Made by a program: the position numbers and the translations under genes. From Octopus vulgaris (lineage: Eukaryota), in contig OX597826.1 in NCBI GenBank assembly GCA_951406725.2, positions 11,656,001 through 11,720,000 of the forward strand: a DNA stretch of 64,000 bases, read 5' to 3'. The notes beneath the pieces are model-generated. The model had not been told where the DNA came from, ran no database searches, and saw nothing but the letters and a program-made list of their open reading frames with translations. The first letter of the stretch is position 1. Each line of letters begins with the position of its first letter. Positions 1 to 15,158 of this stretch are shown one piece after another.

Positions 1-72
1 TATGTATGTATAGAGGGAGAGAGGGAGGGAGAGAGCAGAGAGAGTGAGTGGGTGATACATAGATAAGTACAC

Positions 73-125
73 ATGCGTGAGTATATATATGTACATGCAT
101 ATACATATAAATATATATTGGTATA

Positions 126-202
<77 letters not shown>

Positions 203-336
203 TATATATACATACATACCTATATATATATACCTATATATATACACATATATTACATATATATATATATACATATATATTACATATATATATATACATG
301 TATATATATACACATATATATGTATATATATACATG

Positions 337-387
<51 letters not shown>

Positions 388-439
388 TATTACATATATA
401 TATATACATGTATATATATACACATATATATGTATATAT

Positions 440-510
<71 letters not shown>
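73..510. repeat. (TA)n/(TACA)n compound microsatellite
   Basis: Dinucleotide array read directly; explains the YIYI ORFs. Confidence 0.97.
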
Positions 511-512
<2 letters not shown>

Positions 513-730
513 CATCCCGCTTTGCTACTTAAATAGCACAACAACAACAACGGCAGTTTAATACTAATAAATGGAATTAGCAACACCGAATGGCGGCTTT
601 TCAATTCCGTTGACATTTAGCATACAACATAACGTTTTATGAATACGACGACATTGCGCAGGGAAACAACGAGGGAGGCGGGAAGAAACGTTCCAGTTGG
701 ATTTCGCACTGTTATTGCTGAGAGCGTTGA

Positions 731-764
<34 letters not shown>

Positions 765-1047
765 GGTGGTGATGATTATGATGATTATGATTTTTGCGAT
801 TGATGGGGATTGATATATATGGAATCACAAAAACACATAAACGTATAAATTTACACATGTACACACACATCAAACATTAAGAGAAACATAAAGAGAGAGC
901 AGTTAATATGTATGCATATGTATGTGTATAGATATGAACATATACATGCATATGTATATGGGTATATATGTATACATAAGCACGTATGTATCCGATGTAT
1001 GTAGGCGCGCGCGTGTATATATGTATATATATCGTTAGAAAGAACAA

Positions 1048-1078
<31 letters not shown>

Positions 1079-1426
1079 GGATATATATCTAACATAAATA
1101 TATATGTATAGATAAATATATACACACATACGTATATATTTAAATGCATACATATATGAACATTTATATGCATACACCAATTTGGATAGAGCTAAATGGA
1201 TGTACTAAAGTTATGAATGTATATATAGAGAAATACCACACATACACACACAAACACACACACACACACATGCGCACACACACACACATACACATACACA
1301 CATACACACACACACAAACTTTTTCACGTTCACTTATCTTCCTTCCTCGTTCTCACTCTCTTCCACAGGATATTCTTGAGTCAAGAATCAGCATAAAAAA
1401 GAAATGACAATATGTCAGGTGAAAAA

Positions 1427-2035
1427 AGGTGACAAACTGGCAGAAACGTTAGCACGCCGGGCGAAATGCTTAGCAGAATTTCGTCTGTCTTTACGTTCTG
1501 AGTTCAAATTCCTCTGAGGTCGACTTTGCCTTTCATCCTTTCGGGGTCGATAAATTAAGTAACAGTTATGCACTGGGGTCGATGTAATCGACTTAATCCC
1601 TTTGTCTGTCCTTGTTTTTCCTCTCTATGGTTAGCCCCTTGTAGGCAATAAAGAAATAAGAAACGTTAGAACGTCGGACGAAATGCTTAGCGGTATATCG
1701 TCTGCCGTTACGTTCTGAGTTCAAATTCCGCCGAGGTCGACTTTGCCTTTCATCCTTTCGGAGTCGATTAAATAAGTACCAGTTACGCACTGGGGTCGAT
1801 ATAATCGACTTAATCCGTTTGTCTGTCCTTGTCTTTTCCCCTCTGTGTTTAGCCCCTTGTGGGTAGTAAAGAAAGAGGTATTTCGTCTGCCTCTACGTTC
1901 TGAGTTTAAATTCCTCTGAGGGAGGCTTTACATTTTATCCTTTCTGGGTCGATACATTAGGTACCAGTTGCGTACTGGAGTCGATCTAATCGACTGGCTC
2001 TTCCTCATAAATTTCGGGTCTTGTGCCTACAGGTG
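1427..2035 (+). mobile_element. tRNA-derived SINE family B, tandem multimer (about 3 bodies)
   Basis: Head ctggcagaaacgttagcacgccgggcgaaatgcttagc, B-box-like gagttcaaattcc, core gtcgactttgcctttcatcctttcggggtcgataaattaagtacc repeated three times. Confidence 0.85.
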
Positions 2036-3903
2036 AAAAGAGAAAGGAGGATGACAGTAAAAGTACAAAAGTAGAAAGTAAAAAATTAAAAGAAAGCAAA
2101 AGTGTAAAAAAAGAAAATAAAAATGAATGAAATAAACAATGGAAACGAAATATGAATATGAAAAATATAACAATATTGTATAAATATAAAATTAACAAAA
2201 TAAACAAGGCAAGAAGAACGGTGAGAAACGAGGGAGGACTCCAGAAGAATAACCGTATGACATGATATACATCTTTACGTCGCATACGCAACAGGTATAC
2301 AACCTTATATCGCACACACACAAATACACACACACACACATTCATATACAAGTGCACACGCACACATACACACACGCACACACGAACACACACAAATACA
2401 CACACACACACACGCACACACACACACAAATACACATGTACACATACACACACGCACACACGAACACACACAAATATACACGCACACACACACACAAACA
2501 CACACACACACACACACACAAACACTCACACACACACGCACAAACACACACTCATATACAAGTGCACCACACACTTGTACGTGAGTAAGTCAGGCCGTGA
2601 AGTGGAATATTATTTATGAAGTTTTCCTGTTTTCACCGTGTGTCGGAAATGTGATGCTGATATCAAGGTGAAAGTACGTGTGTGTGTGTGTATATATATG
2701 TGTGTGTGTGTGTGTATACGCATATACACTCACTTGTATATACGCATATACACTCACGTTATATATATATATATATGTATATATCTATATACATATGTAT
2801 ATAAATATATAAACACATGTATAAATATATTATATTCACATATACACACACACACGTATATATATATTTATTTATTTGTTATATGCATGTATAAATGCAT
2901 ATGCAATTTCGTCAGCTTGTTTTCTCATTCGGCAAATAAATGGATATATTTGTAAGAAACAAGACGATTCAACGGACAGCGACCATAAAAGACGGTTTTT
3001 GATTTCGGAAATTGCTTGTGTAAAAGTGTAATTGTTGTTGGATCGTATTGACGGTTTTATAGAGGCTGAGAGCGAGAGAAACTGAGGGAAAGAGAGAGAG
3101 AGCGAGAGAAACTGAGGGACAGAGAGAGAGAGAGAGAGAGAGAGAAAGCATCGTGTGAAAAGAGAACAATAGAAAGATAGAGAAGGGTGAAGAGGTATGG
3201 TTTGGTAGATAACATGGAAGATACCTCACTATCTTCCATCTCTCTGTCTGTCGCCATCTTTCTATTACTCCTTCTGTGTGTCAGAAATACAGAAAAATGT
3301 GTGAGTGAAAGTGAGAGGGAAGATGTATAGTGAGTGAGTAACAGATAGACTAAAGGAGAGATAACGATAGAGAAAGAGATACAGATTTAAAGAGGCGGAA
3401 AGATAGAGAAAAAACAGAGAATGTACGGGAGTAGGAGAAATACAAAGATTATTACATTCTCGTAAACATTCATTCAAACACACATTATATATATATATGT
3501 GTTTGCTTGTATTTGTTTGTGTTAGTCTTGATATAGACAGGCAGAAAGAACGAGCGAAAGAGAGAGATAGAGATAGAGTGTGTGAGTGAGAGTGAGAGAG
3601 AGCGAAAGAGAGAGAGAGAGTGAAAGAGGGAGTGAAAGAAAGCGAGAGGGAGATTGTGTGTGTGTTGGAGAGAAGGACGGATGAAAAGGGGAGGGGGGGA
3701 GAAAGAAAGTTAGAATAAGAGAGAGAAGGCAAAGTTGAGAGGATGAGAAGGAGTGATTCGTGTTGTCGGCTGCAGTTTATGACAAATAAACCAACTGAAT
3801 GGAAATGATTGGCGATTGATTCCTCCTCTTCTTCTTCCACTGGACTCGCTCAATCTGTTGTCTTCGCCATACCGCCCATCTCTCATTTGTTTCTCCCTAC
3901 CAC

Positions 3904-4199
3904 TTTCTTCTTCTTCTTCTTCTTCTTCTTCTTCTTCTTCTTCTTCTTCTTCTTCTTCTTCTTCTTCTTCTTCTTCTTCTCCTCCGCCTCCTTCTTCTTC
4001 TTCTTCTTCTTCTTCTTCTTCTCCTCCGCCTCCTTCTTCTTCTTCTTCTTCTTCTTCTTCTTCTTCTTCTCCTCCGCCTCCTTCTTCTTCTTCTTCTTCT
4101 TCTTCTTCTTCTTCTTCTTCTTCTCCTCCGCCTCCTTCTTCTTCTTCTTCTTCTTCTTCTTCTTCTTCCTCTCCTTCTTCTTCTTCTTCTTCTTCTTCT

Positions 4200-4230
<31 letters not shown>
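3904..4230. repeat. (TTC)n microsatellite with four TCCTCCGCC interruptions
   Basis: Read directly; source of the poly-E/S/F/R ORFs. Confidence 0.95.
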
Positions 4231-4577
4231 CTAAAACACATCTGCAGACGCAAACACACACGTAAGATATACGCTTGCGCATGAAATTTACACATACATG
4301 CAAGCATGTAATTTGCACACGAAATGAAACCAAACTGTCGTAAGTTATTTTGCAGTGAGTTAAAAATGTTAAATTAGCGACATTATATGTTTTCACAGAA
4401 AAGGGAAAGGAAAGAAAAAATAATAATAATAACAATAATAACCTCTTTATCGTAGAAATACTTCCCTCAACCTGACTCTTTCCAACGCAAAAACACAAGC
4501 ATGACTAAATAAGTAAATTCTAGAGGATTATATTGTTATAGTTGTCATCAGTTTCATTGCTTCACCTATAAAACTAC

Positions 4578-4995
4578 ATGGCTGTGTGGTTAGAGGCTTG
4601 CTTCCCATCCATAAGGTTCCGGGTTCAGTCCCACTGCGTGACACCTTCGGCTAGTGTCTTCAACTATAGCCTCGGACCGACCAATGCCTGGGAGTGAATT
4701 TTGTCGACGGAAACTGAAAGAAACCCGTCGTGTGTGTGCATATATATATAAATATATATATATTGAGGTGTGTGTCTTTGTGCCTCTGTGTGTCGCTCCC
4801 CCACTATCGCTTGACAACCGGGATTGGTGTGTTTATGTCCCTGTAACTAAGTACTTCGGACAAAGAGACGGATAGAATAAGTACTAGGCTTACAAAGAAT
4901 AAGTCCTGGTGTCGAATTCTTTAACTAGAACCCTTCAAGACGGTGCTCCAGCATGGCTGCAGTCAAATGACTGCAACATGTAGAAGAATAAAAGC
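4578..4995 (+). mobile_element. tRNA-derived SINE family A with internal microsatellite
   Basis: A/B-box head (tggctgtgtggtta ... ggttcagtccc), internal (TA)/(TG) tract, tail ggtgctccagcatggctgcagtcaaatgactg. Confidence 0.85.
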
Positions 4996-5006
4996 ATACA
5001 TACATA

Positions 5007-5042
<36 letters not shown>

Positions 5043-5366
5043 CTTTATATGTATAAATGCGTTTAATGTGGTTGGCTGTCGAAAGAAGAGTGCCCGATCC
5101 CACTGTAGCAATAAATGATACTTTGTTGGTCGAGTTAGTCTCTTGCTACTCTGAGTTTCGCCTGTGAGTAGAGAGGGTCTTGAGGCAGGTTTCGACTAAA
5201 CAAAATGATGGAACATATGTACTCACATATACGCGTACACACACACACACACACGCACACACACACGCACGCACACGCACATACATACACACACACGCGC
5301 TCATACACACACGTATGTGCGTCTTTGTGTGTGCATTTACATATATCAAATATATGTGTGTATGTT

Positions 5367-5398
<32 letters not shown>

Positions 5399-5407
5399 AA
5401 TATATAC

Positions 5408-5604
5408 TCTTTTACTTGTTTCAGTCATTTGACTGCGCCCATGCTGGAGCACCACCTTTAGTCGAGCAAATCGACCCCGGGACTTATTCTTTGTAAGCCC
5501 AGTACTTATTCTATCGGTCTCTTTTGCCGAACCGCTAATTGGCGGGGACGTAAACACACCAGCATCGGTTGTCAAGCAATGCTAGGGAGACAAACACAGA
5601 CACA

Positions 5605-5688
<84 letters not shown>

Positions 5689-5832
5689 ACAGGCTTCTTT
5701 CAGTTTCCGTCTACCAAATCCACTCACAAGGCATTGGTCGGCCCGGGGCTATAGCAGAAGACACTTGCCCAAAATGCCACGCAGTGGGACTGAACACGGA
5801 ACCATGTGGTTGGTTAGCAAGCTACTTACCAC
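5408..5832 (-). mobile_element. SINE family A
   Basis: Reverse complement of the copy at 21710-22120. Confidence 0.88.
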
Positions 5833-5942
5833 ACATATGAAAAATATATATATACTTTCTCACTTTCCCGAGCGTCAAACTAATACACTAGTTTGTTTAT
5901 ACACCTGTCTTCGTCTTTTGTTTTCCTGTAAATTTCAACTGA

Positions 5943-6040
<98 letters not shown>

Positions 6041-6252
6041 CTATCTGTGTGTGTTTTTGTGCCTATGTTTGTCCACTTGCCACCGCTTGAGAAACGGTGT
6101 TGGTGTGTTTACATTTCAGAAAAGTGTTATATAGAATAAATACTACGCTTTAAAAAATTAGTCCTGAGGTCGATTTGTTCGACTAAAACCCTTCAAGGCG
6201 GTTCTCCAGCATGGTCGCAGTCAAATGATTGAAGCAAGTAAAAGAATAAAAG

Positions 6253-6329
<77 letters not shown>

Positions 6330-6330
<1 letters not shown>

Positions 6331-6655
6331 GTAGGATAAAATGTTTTCGAAAACAAATTTTATCAATGGCCAGCATATTAAAAATACCTTTAAAGGTTAA
6401 ATTATGAACAACTTATAAATAAGGGCAAACGAAAAAATTTCTAATGCCAAATATGCCGAAAATTGGACGTATTGTCCATTTACCATATAATTTTTTTCCC
6501 AGTAAGCACGCTACTCGAAAAAAGGCCGACAGAAATTTCTAAAAAATCCATTATTACCATATCGGACCGATTTCAGGGTTAGTTCAAAAAGAACCCTCCC
6601 TTCGTCAGTGATACATGTGGCAAAGACGTAAATGAAATACTTACTCATACCCATG
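6330..6655 (-). mobile_element. PLE-like short element in (TA)n, related to 44638-45340
   Basis: Adjacent to TA tracts, resembles the pseudo-LTR at 45200-45340, carries a hammerhead. Confidence 0.55.
6558..6615 (-). ncRNA. Type I hammerhead ribozyme motif (slightly degenerate)
   Basis: GTATCA-CTGACGA-AGGG-AG-GGTTC(TTTTT)GAACT-AA-CCCT-GAAA-TCGG-TC-CGATAT; first stem I pair is an A-C mismatch. Confidence 0.72.
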
Positions 6656-6685
6656 GAAGAATGTATGTGTATATATACACATACA

Positions 6686-6717
<32 letters not shown>

Positions 6718-6718
6718 C

Positions 6719-6796
<78 letters not shown>

Positions 6797-6798
<2 letters not shown>

Positions 6799-6991
6799 TA
6801 TCAGGACAAATTACTCACGGAAACAAAATCCTCTCGGACAAATTTTAACGCAAAAATATTAACTAATAGATATTTAAAAGTTTTCTCTTTAATATAAAAT
6901 ATCACTTTCCTAAATTATTTTTATCATAAAGAAAGAACAATATCCCAGGGATATTGATTTTGTCCTCGGAGGCGGGGGTTGTCCCATTACC
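6797..6991. mobile_element. Small MITE-like element with imperfect GG-starting TIRs
   Basis: ggtatcaggacaa ... ttgtcccattacc; ggacaa sub-repeats; no TSD seen. Confidence 0.4.
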
Positions 6992-7020
6992 ACACACAGA
7001 CACATTACACACACACATAT

Positions 7021-7163
7021 ATAGGAGTGGCTGCGTGGTAAGAAGCTTGCTTCCCAACCGAGTTCAGTCCCACTGCGTGGCACCTTGGGCAAGTGTCTTC
7101 TACTATAGCCTCGGCCGATTAATGCGAGTGGATTTGGTAAACGGAAACTGGAATAAGCCCGTC

Positions 7164-7222
<59 letters not shown>

Positions 7223-7419
7223 TATAAATGTGTGTGTGTGTATGTGTGTATTTGTGTATCTGAATTTGATACCGATGTTGGCTTGTTTACGTTCCCGAGT
7301 CGTGGAGGTTCGGCCAAAGAGACTGATAGAATAAGTTCTGGGCTTGATTTCTTTGACTAAAAGCAGTGATCCCGCATGGCCGCTGTCAAATGACTGAAAC
7401 AAATAAAAAACAAATGAAA

Positions 7420-7420
<1 letters not shown>
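7021..7420 (+). mobile_element. SINE family A
   Basis: Same head, internal microsatellite and tail. Confidence 0.85.
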
Positions 7421-7476
<56 letters not shown>

Positions 7477-7480
<4 letters not shown>

Positions 7481-7648
7481 AACTACAAAATGGGACAAGA
7501 ATGCAAAATATCCGGACAGTTAGGTGATACAAAAAGGGGACAACAAAACATCCAGATAGACGATACAAAAAAAAAAAAAAACACGGACGGGTCATTCGAA
7601 GCCTTTTATCTTCAGTCAAGAACCGGATCATCTTCGCAATTTTGGCTG
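7477..7648 (-). mobile_element. TA-embedded element, family P (truncated)
   Basis: Homologous to 19416-19650 and 36715-36835 (cagccaaaattgcgaag...cttgactgaaga...cgaatgacccgtcc). Confidence 0.75.
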
Positions 7649-8077
7649 TATATATATATATATATATACACATACATATGTGTTTGTGTGTGTGTCTACA
7701 TATATGCATAAAACACTATGCTAAAATGAATACGTTTGTAAACCAGTGTGTGATCAGTAAAATAACCCATGGACTTTCTCACGACAAGCAATGAATATGT
7801 GCCTGTTTTGTTTATCTTTGTCAGGATTGAATGTATAAATTTACAAATATATATGTGTGTGTGTGTGCGTGCGTGAGATTAATTGTACCAGTATGTGTGC
7901 GCGCGTACTTAAACTGTGAAACAGAGAAAGTGAGAGGGAGAGAGAGAGAGAGAGAGGTGAGTAAGGTTATTTATCGAGGAAAGAGAAAGTGTTACACAGA
8001 TGTGTTTTATTGGTTTTAGTGTAAGGCAATGGCTAATTGATTCAACTTCGTATGTGTATTTATGACTGCATAAATAA

Positions 8078-8181
<104 letters not shown>

Positions 8182-8192
8182 CTGTGTGTGTG

Positions 8193-8235
<43 letters not shown>

Positions 8236-8685
8236 GTAAGCGTGTTCTTCTTGTAGAGGTTAATTTTATGCAAACTGCCTCTTCAACTGCTATCGAAACC
8301 CAGCCGTTACTTCCACTTTCCTTACTTCTCATTATATTCCTGGTGTGAGCTAATGATGTAATACGGCCAACATCAGCACTGAACACTTCATTTGATCCCT
8401 TTTTATATGGAATAACAACCATCAAGAATTCCCCTCCTCCTTATTTACGTTTTTCCAAGCAGGCATCCATTTATAGAAATTCAATTTGGCTATCGACTAC
8501 ATTGACTTCGCCTGTCTGCGAAGAACTCCTCTCATGCTCTTTGAATTAAAACGAGAAAATCGGTAATAAAAAGAGCATATTGAAGCAAACAGCCTAAACA
8601 TTTCCTCAGTTAATATGTGAGTTAGTCTTTCTACCACATCCAAGTGCAGTAACCCTTTTCAGCATCTCCATTGAGCCTCAAAAAC

Positions 8686-9589
<904 letters not shown>

Positions 9590-10330
9590 CTCTGTACAGT
9601 CGTTAATCTTGCTAAAAATGGCAGTTAAAACTGGGCCATTGCGCCTCCCCAGCGTTGATGTTGTCTCTTAATTACTGACTCCATAGCTCTACTGGTAATG
9701 ATGCTATGTAATAAGGACGCCGCTATATCCAGAGATCGAATTTGGCACTATTCTAATTTTCTTTTATCCTTTACTTGTTTGACTAAAACTCTCAAAACAG
9801 TGTCCCATGCTGGAGTATCACGTTGAGAGGTTTAATCGAACACATCAAAATCAATACGCATTTATTCATTGCTATGTAGTACGTATTCTATCGGTCTCTA
9901 TTTCTGAATGAAGACATGGTTGTATGCTTAGAAAATATGTTCGTTGGCACGAATTTCGTTCGTCTCCGTGCTCTGAGTTCAAATTCTGCCGAGGTCGACT
10001 TCGCCTTTCATCCTTTCGGGGTTGATAAATTAAATAAGAGGAAAAGTGCCGCCCGGGACGGAGCGCCCCCAGCTACGCTAGTGCCAACTTGTACTTGCGG
10101 TTGCTTTCATTCGGGTGGGGTTGAGCCGGTGTTCTGATCAACGAATTCACCACATCTCTGACAAATTCTGATCACATCTGCCGGTCGGCAGCAGTCGAAG
10201 CTGTGGTGGATGGATACTTACGTTCGCTTCCTACTTTGCAGCAAAGTTAGTTTAGTTTAGCCCTCTCTCACTAGAGATGTGAACCAAAAAAATCACTAAG
10301 GATCCGACTTGGGTGAGGGCTCGTATTGGT

Positions 10331-10391
10331 TGGCCATATGTCACATGGCCACAAGTCACATGGCCACATGTCACATGGCCATATGCCACAT
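10331..10391. repeat. 15-bp minisatellite, about 4 x GGCCACATGTCACAT
   Basis: Read directly, inside a GC-richer unclassified segment (10038-10470). Confidence 0.9.
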
Positions 10392-12517
10392 GAAGTATCT
10401 CGCGGAGACGAGACTGATTGGAACACTGTTCGGAGAGTTCCTTGGGACGAACCAAGCAAATACCGACAAATGAATGTATGTATGTATGTATCTGTCTGTA
10501 TAAGTATGTATGTGTATGTGTGAGCTTTTGCGTGCATGTAAGGTGAATGCAGCGATGCGTTGCAACGGCGCATGCCCTCATACCTGCCCTGGCTGATGCT
10601 AGAGTCTCTAACGTATTGTAGATGTGTCACTTTGCTTGTTGAAACTTCATTTTCTCATCTATGTCATTAATCTTCTAATTAGTAAAAGATACGATGCTTT
10701 CTTCCAGAAGTCCTTTTGCATTTGTCATCACTCTGGAATTGAACTCAAGTTTATTTATTGTGAATATTTCATTGATGTGACACAAGTCACATCAATTTAT
10801 GGCACTCAACCTCATCTCCTGTTGAAATCAGTCGCCGCTGCTTCCTAACATCATTATTACGTTATATCCTGCAGAGGATTGACTTGAAACCCAAACAACT
10901 AAAGAAGGTCCTGAGATACTTGTTGAAGATTTAGGAGGATTTCCAAAATTGTGATAGATTTAGTCACCACTGGGAGAAGAGCTTACAATATCTTTAAATA
11001 ATGTCTGCAGTTTCTGCTTATGATAAAGCATCTCAAATGTTTATCTAACACCATCTAATACATTCTTTGTTAATACTGGCTTCAAATTTTGGCACAAGGC
11101 CAGCAATTTTGGGATATGGGGTAAGTCGATTACATAGATCCCAGTACTCCACTGGTACTTATTTAATAAGAGTATGAAAGGCAAAGTCGACCTCAGCGAA
11201 ATTTGAACACAGAATGTAAAAGACGGACGAAATACCACTAAACATTTTGGCCACCCTATTCTTTGCTAATATTGCCTTGAAAAATACTAGGGAAAAATCA
11301 AATAATTGTAAAGCTTCTTAATGTTTCTCTTATAATTCCAATCACGTTTAGAATACTTTTTAAGGAATAAAATTACCTTCTCGACCACAGATTCCCCTCT
11401 TAGCATTAATATTGCTGCAATAAGACATCAACATTGTGCATTAACTATATTGACTATATTAATATTGTGCATTATGATCACCAGTTGCCGCCCAAAACAC
11501 AAGTTCACGTCCATGTTTTTCTCTGGTAGTTTTCCTGGTTGATGTTGTTGCAGTTTATACTCAGGCAAGCCATGATTGAGTAGACCTATCTAGGGTCACG
11601 TTGAAACCAAAACCGCTCCGTCTTTCACTCAGATAAAGTGTAGACGGAAAGAATTACATTAAGTAAAATGTTCGAGCGTTTGGAGGTAGATTTAGCTGCT
11701 ATATCTAGCAGGTTGAACGATCAGATAGAGACACGATCGTTTGATGGAGTCAGCTTGTTCATGTTGTTGATGTTGCTGTTTCATAGTTCCAAATCAGTCC
11801 TCATGAACAGACCTATCGTCATCTCATCATATTTTCAATAACCTAACTCATTATCCAATACAAACTTCCTTTAGAAAGACGGTATGAGGTGAATTAAGGG
11901 AACTTTGGTTGCTATTTTCAGCATCTCAAGCTGTCATATACGGGCCCTCTCGTTAGCAATAGTTCATGAGCAGTTGTCAGTTGGAGGTGAAAAGCTGCAG
12001 TTATGTTGATTTGCCAATACTGAGAACTCTAAATGTATATATTTATAATTGACCACCACAGAGAAATACAACTTAACCGTTATTGCCAACAGGAGTACGG
12101 CACAAATATATCCTTACTAATGATTTCGACAGTGTACAAAGCTAAAATCCTTCTTCGTTTACAGTTGAAGTCCTTTCAGGGCTATGCTAGTTCTCCTATT
12201 TAAGGGCACAAAAACTCTCATTTTCATAATACCGTGTAAATTATGCATAATTTTAGTAAATGTAGTCTCCAGTTTGGAATACCCAAGTATTAGAACATGT
12301 GAAGGGATTTAAATTATAAGAACGATATGTCTATTGTGTAGCACTATTATTTTTTTTCCCTATATAAGTCGGTGATTTGGTAGAATCGTTAGTATTTCTT
12401 CCGGTTCTTTACGTTCTGCGCTCAAATCCTGCCGAAGTCAACCTTTGCCTTTCATCGTTAGAAACGAATAAAATAAAGTACCAGTTGAGCACGGGAGTCA
12501 ATGTAATTGGCATATAA

Positions 12518-12948
12518 GGCGGCGAGATGGCAGAAACTTTAGCACATCGGGCGAAATGCTTAGCGGTATTTCGTCTGCCGCTATGTTCTGAGTTCAAATT
12601 CCGCTGAGGTCGACTTTGCCTTTCATCCTTTCGGGGTCGATTAAATAAGTACCAGTTACGCACTGGGGTCGATGTAATCGGCTTAATCTCTTTGTCTGTC
12701 CTTGTTTGTCCCCTCTGTGTTTAGCCTCTAGTGGGTAATAAAGAAATAAGAAACGTTAGCACGCCAGGTGAAATGCTTAGTGGTATTTCGTCTGTATTTA
12801 CGCTCTGGGTTCAAATTCTGCCGAGGTCGACTTTGGCTATCATCCTTTTGGCGTCGATAAATTAAGTACCAATTATATACTAGGGTTGATCTAATCGACT
12901 GGCCCCCCTCGCCCCAAATTTCGGGCCTTGTGACTAGAGTTGAAAAGA
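12518..12948 (+). mobile_element. SINE family B dimer
   Basis: Head ggcggcgagatggcagaa plus two bodies. Confidence 0.85.
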
Positions 12949-13641
12949 ATGTAATTGACATATTCACTGTCCATAAAAATCTGCCGTCATTGTACCAAAA
13001 TCTGACATCATTATTGTTTTCCTCGTAAAGAGGAATGGAGCGTGTGAAGAATAAAAAAAATGTTTACACTGCTTCAGTTATTTCATTCCTTTGTTCAAAA
13101 GCAGTTCTTTTCAATCAACATACCACGCTTACGAGAAACAAAAAAGGATAATAGCCAACGAGGGGGAAATTTGAGCACATGACATTGGCTTGTAAGATGT
13201 AGAGACAGAGGGAAAAAATCTTCGTCATAAATCTACATTAGAATTCAATCTACATGTGTATTACGCATATCAGTAAGGCATAAAACACTAAAAAAAACTT
13301 GGCTGATGTTAAGATAAAAGCTTGAAGCGAAATACTATATACACAGCCGATGCTAAACAACAGATACACTCGATTTGTTCTAAACAACACTTGATATTTT
13401 CCAGCCTTATTCTATGATGATAGAATAAGCAGAAATGGTGACATTCACAGATTAAAAGATACGTCGCAGTTGTTCTAGTTGAACCCCAAATCAGTTATTA
13501 TTGCGTTGATGTGTGATGATCAAAGACGGGCCAGCAATGAACATCCTATTTTTTTCTTTCAGCCATTCAATAAAATAAATAAAACTATGTTACCCAATGA
13601 GCCTTTCCACATGCCCCATCAATTTATTTTTTAATATATAT

Positions 13642-14055
13642 TTCTTTACTACCCACAAGGGGCTAAACATAAAGGGGACAAACAAGGACAGACAAAGGGA
13701 TTAAGTCGATTACATCGACCCTAGTGCTTAACTGGCACTTAAGTTATCCATCCCGAAAGGAGGAAAGGCAAAGTTGACCACGGCGGAATTTGAACTCAGA
13801 ACGTAAAGACGGACGAAATACCTATTTCTTTACTACCCACAAGGGGCTAAACACAGAGAGGACAAACAAGGACAGACAAAGGGATTAAGTCGATTATATC
13901 GACCCCAGTGCGAAACTGGTATTTTATTTAATCGACTCCGAAAGTATGAAAGGCATAGTCGACCTCGGCGTAATTTGAACTGAGAACGTAACGACAGACG
14001 AAATACCGTTAAGCATTTCGCCCGGCGTGCTAACGTTTCTACCAGTTCGCCGCCC
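13642..14055 (-). mobile_element. SINE family B dimer
   Basis: Reverse complement of the family B head and two bodies. Confidence 0.85.
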
Positions 14056-14387
14056 TTTTATTTTTTAATATAGTAGAGAAAGATTCGACTTCTGTTACAT
14101 GTGAGATACTTATAATGCAAGGAATGTCTTTGTTATTGAAGAATGGACCGCAACTTAGAAATCGGATACCGAATAATGATCTTCTGACTGTTGATTCCAA
14201 CAGCGAATAGTCATAGGTGATGGGTTCGGGTTACATAAATACTCTTACTACTGTGTTTCTGTGGTTGAAAATGTATGTGTGTGTGCGTGTGTGTGCGTGT
14301 GTATGTGTGTTCGTGTGTGGGTGTGTGTGTGTATTTTCATTTATAAACCTGTATGTAAACACTCATACGCACGCTTATATTTGTCGC

Positions 14388-15012
14388 GCAGGCGTGGCTG
14401 TGTGGTAAGAAGCCTGTTTCCCAGCCTCGTGTGTCCGAGTTCAGTCTCACTGCGTGGTACCCTCGGCAAGTCCCTTCTACTACAGCCTTGTGAGTGGATT
14501 TGATAGACGGAAAATATATATATATATATATGATATATAAATATATGCATATATACACACATATATGTATATACCTACATATATACATGCATATATACAT
14601 GCATATATACATGCATATACAGGTACAGGAATCAAAAAACGTTGAACACAATGAGAAATAAAAACAAAAACATAGAACCGAACTTTTTCGAACAACGAAA
14701 AAAGACAGAGAAACGAGACATACAACATAAAGAATATTCCCCTTCTTCAGTTGTCCCTGTTTCATCTACTCCAAAATATATATATATATATCCATATGTT
14801 TATGTGTGTGTGTGTGTCTGTGTTCACCATCACCGTTTGACAACCGGTGTTGGCGTATATACGTCTCCGTAACGTAGCGGTTCGACAAAAGACACCGATA
14901 GCATAAGTGCTGAGCTTAACCAAATGTCTTGGAGTCGATTTGTTCAACGAAAAAAACCTTCAAGACAGTCCCTCAGCATGACCGCACTCAAATGATTGAA
15001 ACAAGGAAAAGA
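14388..15012 (+). mobile_element. SINE family A with a foreign insert (14620-14775) in its internal (TA)n
   Basis: Head at 14388, tail 14820-15012, unrelated segment bounded by TA repeats in between. Confidence 0.75.
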
Positions 15013-15117
15013 TATATGAAAGGACTTGTTTACGTGCATCCATATACACAAATATATATGTGCACCACATGTTTGTATGCATATATAAGTATGCGCGCAT
15101 GTTTACATGTATTCATG

Positions 15118-15157
<40 letters not shown>

Positions 15158-15158
<1 letters not shown>

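Noticed and set aside
5120-5205. Hairpin tttgttggtcgag...ttcgactaaacaaa as a pre-miRNA
   Set aside because: Only the base pairs well, the interior is irregular, and I recognise no known mature miRNA.
14735-14772. Minus-strand GAAAC...CTGAAGA-AGGGG
   Set aside because: No NUH with stem I can be drawn and the element is cut off by (TA)n.
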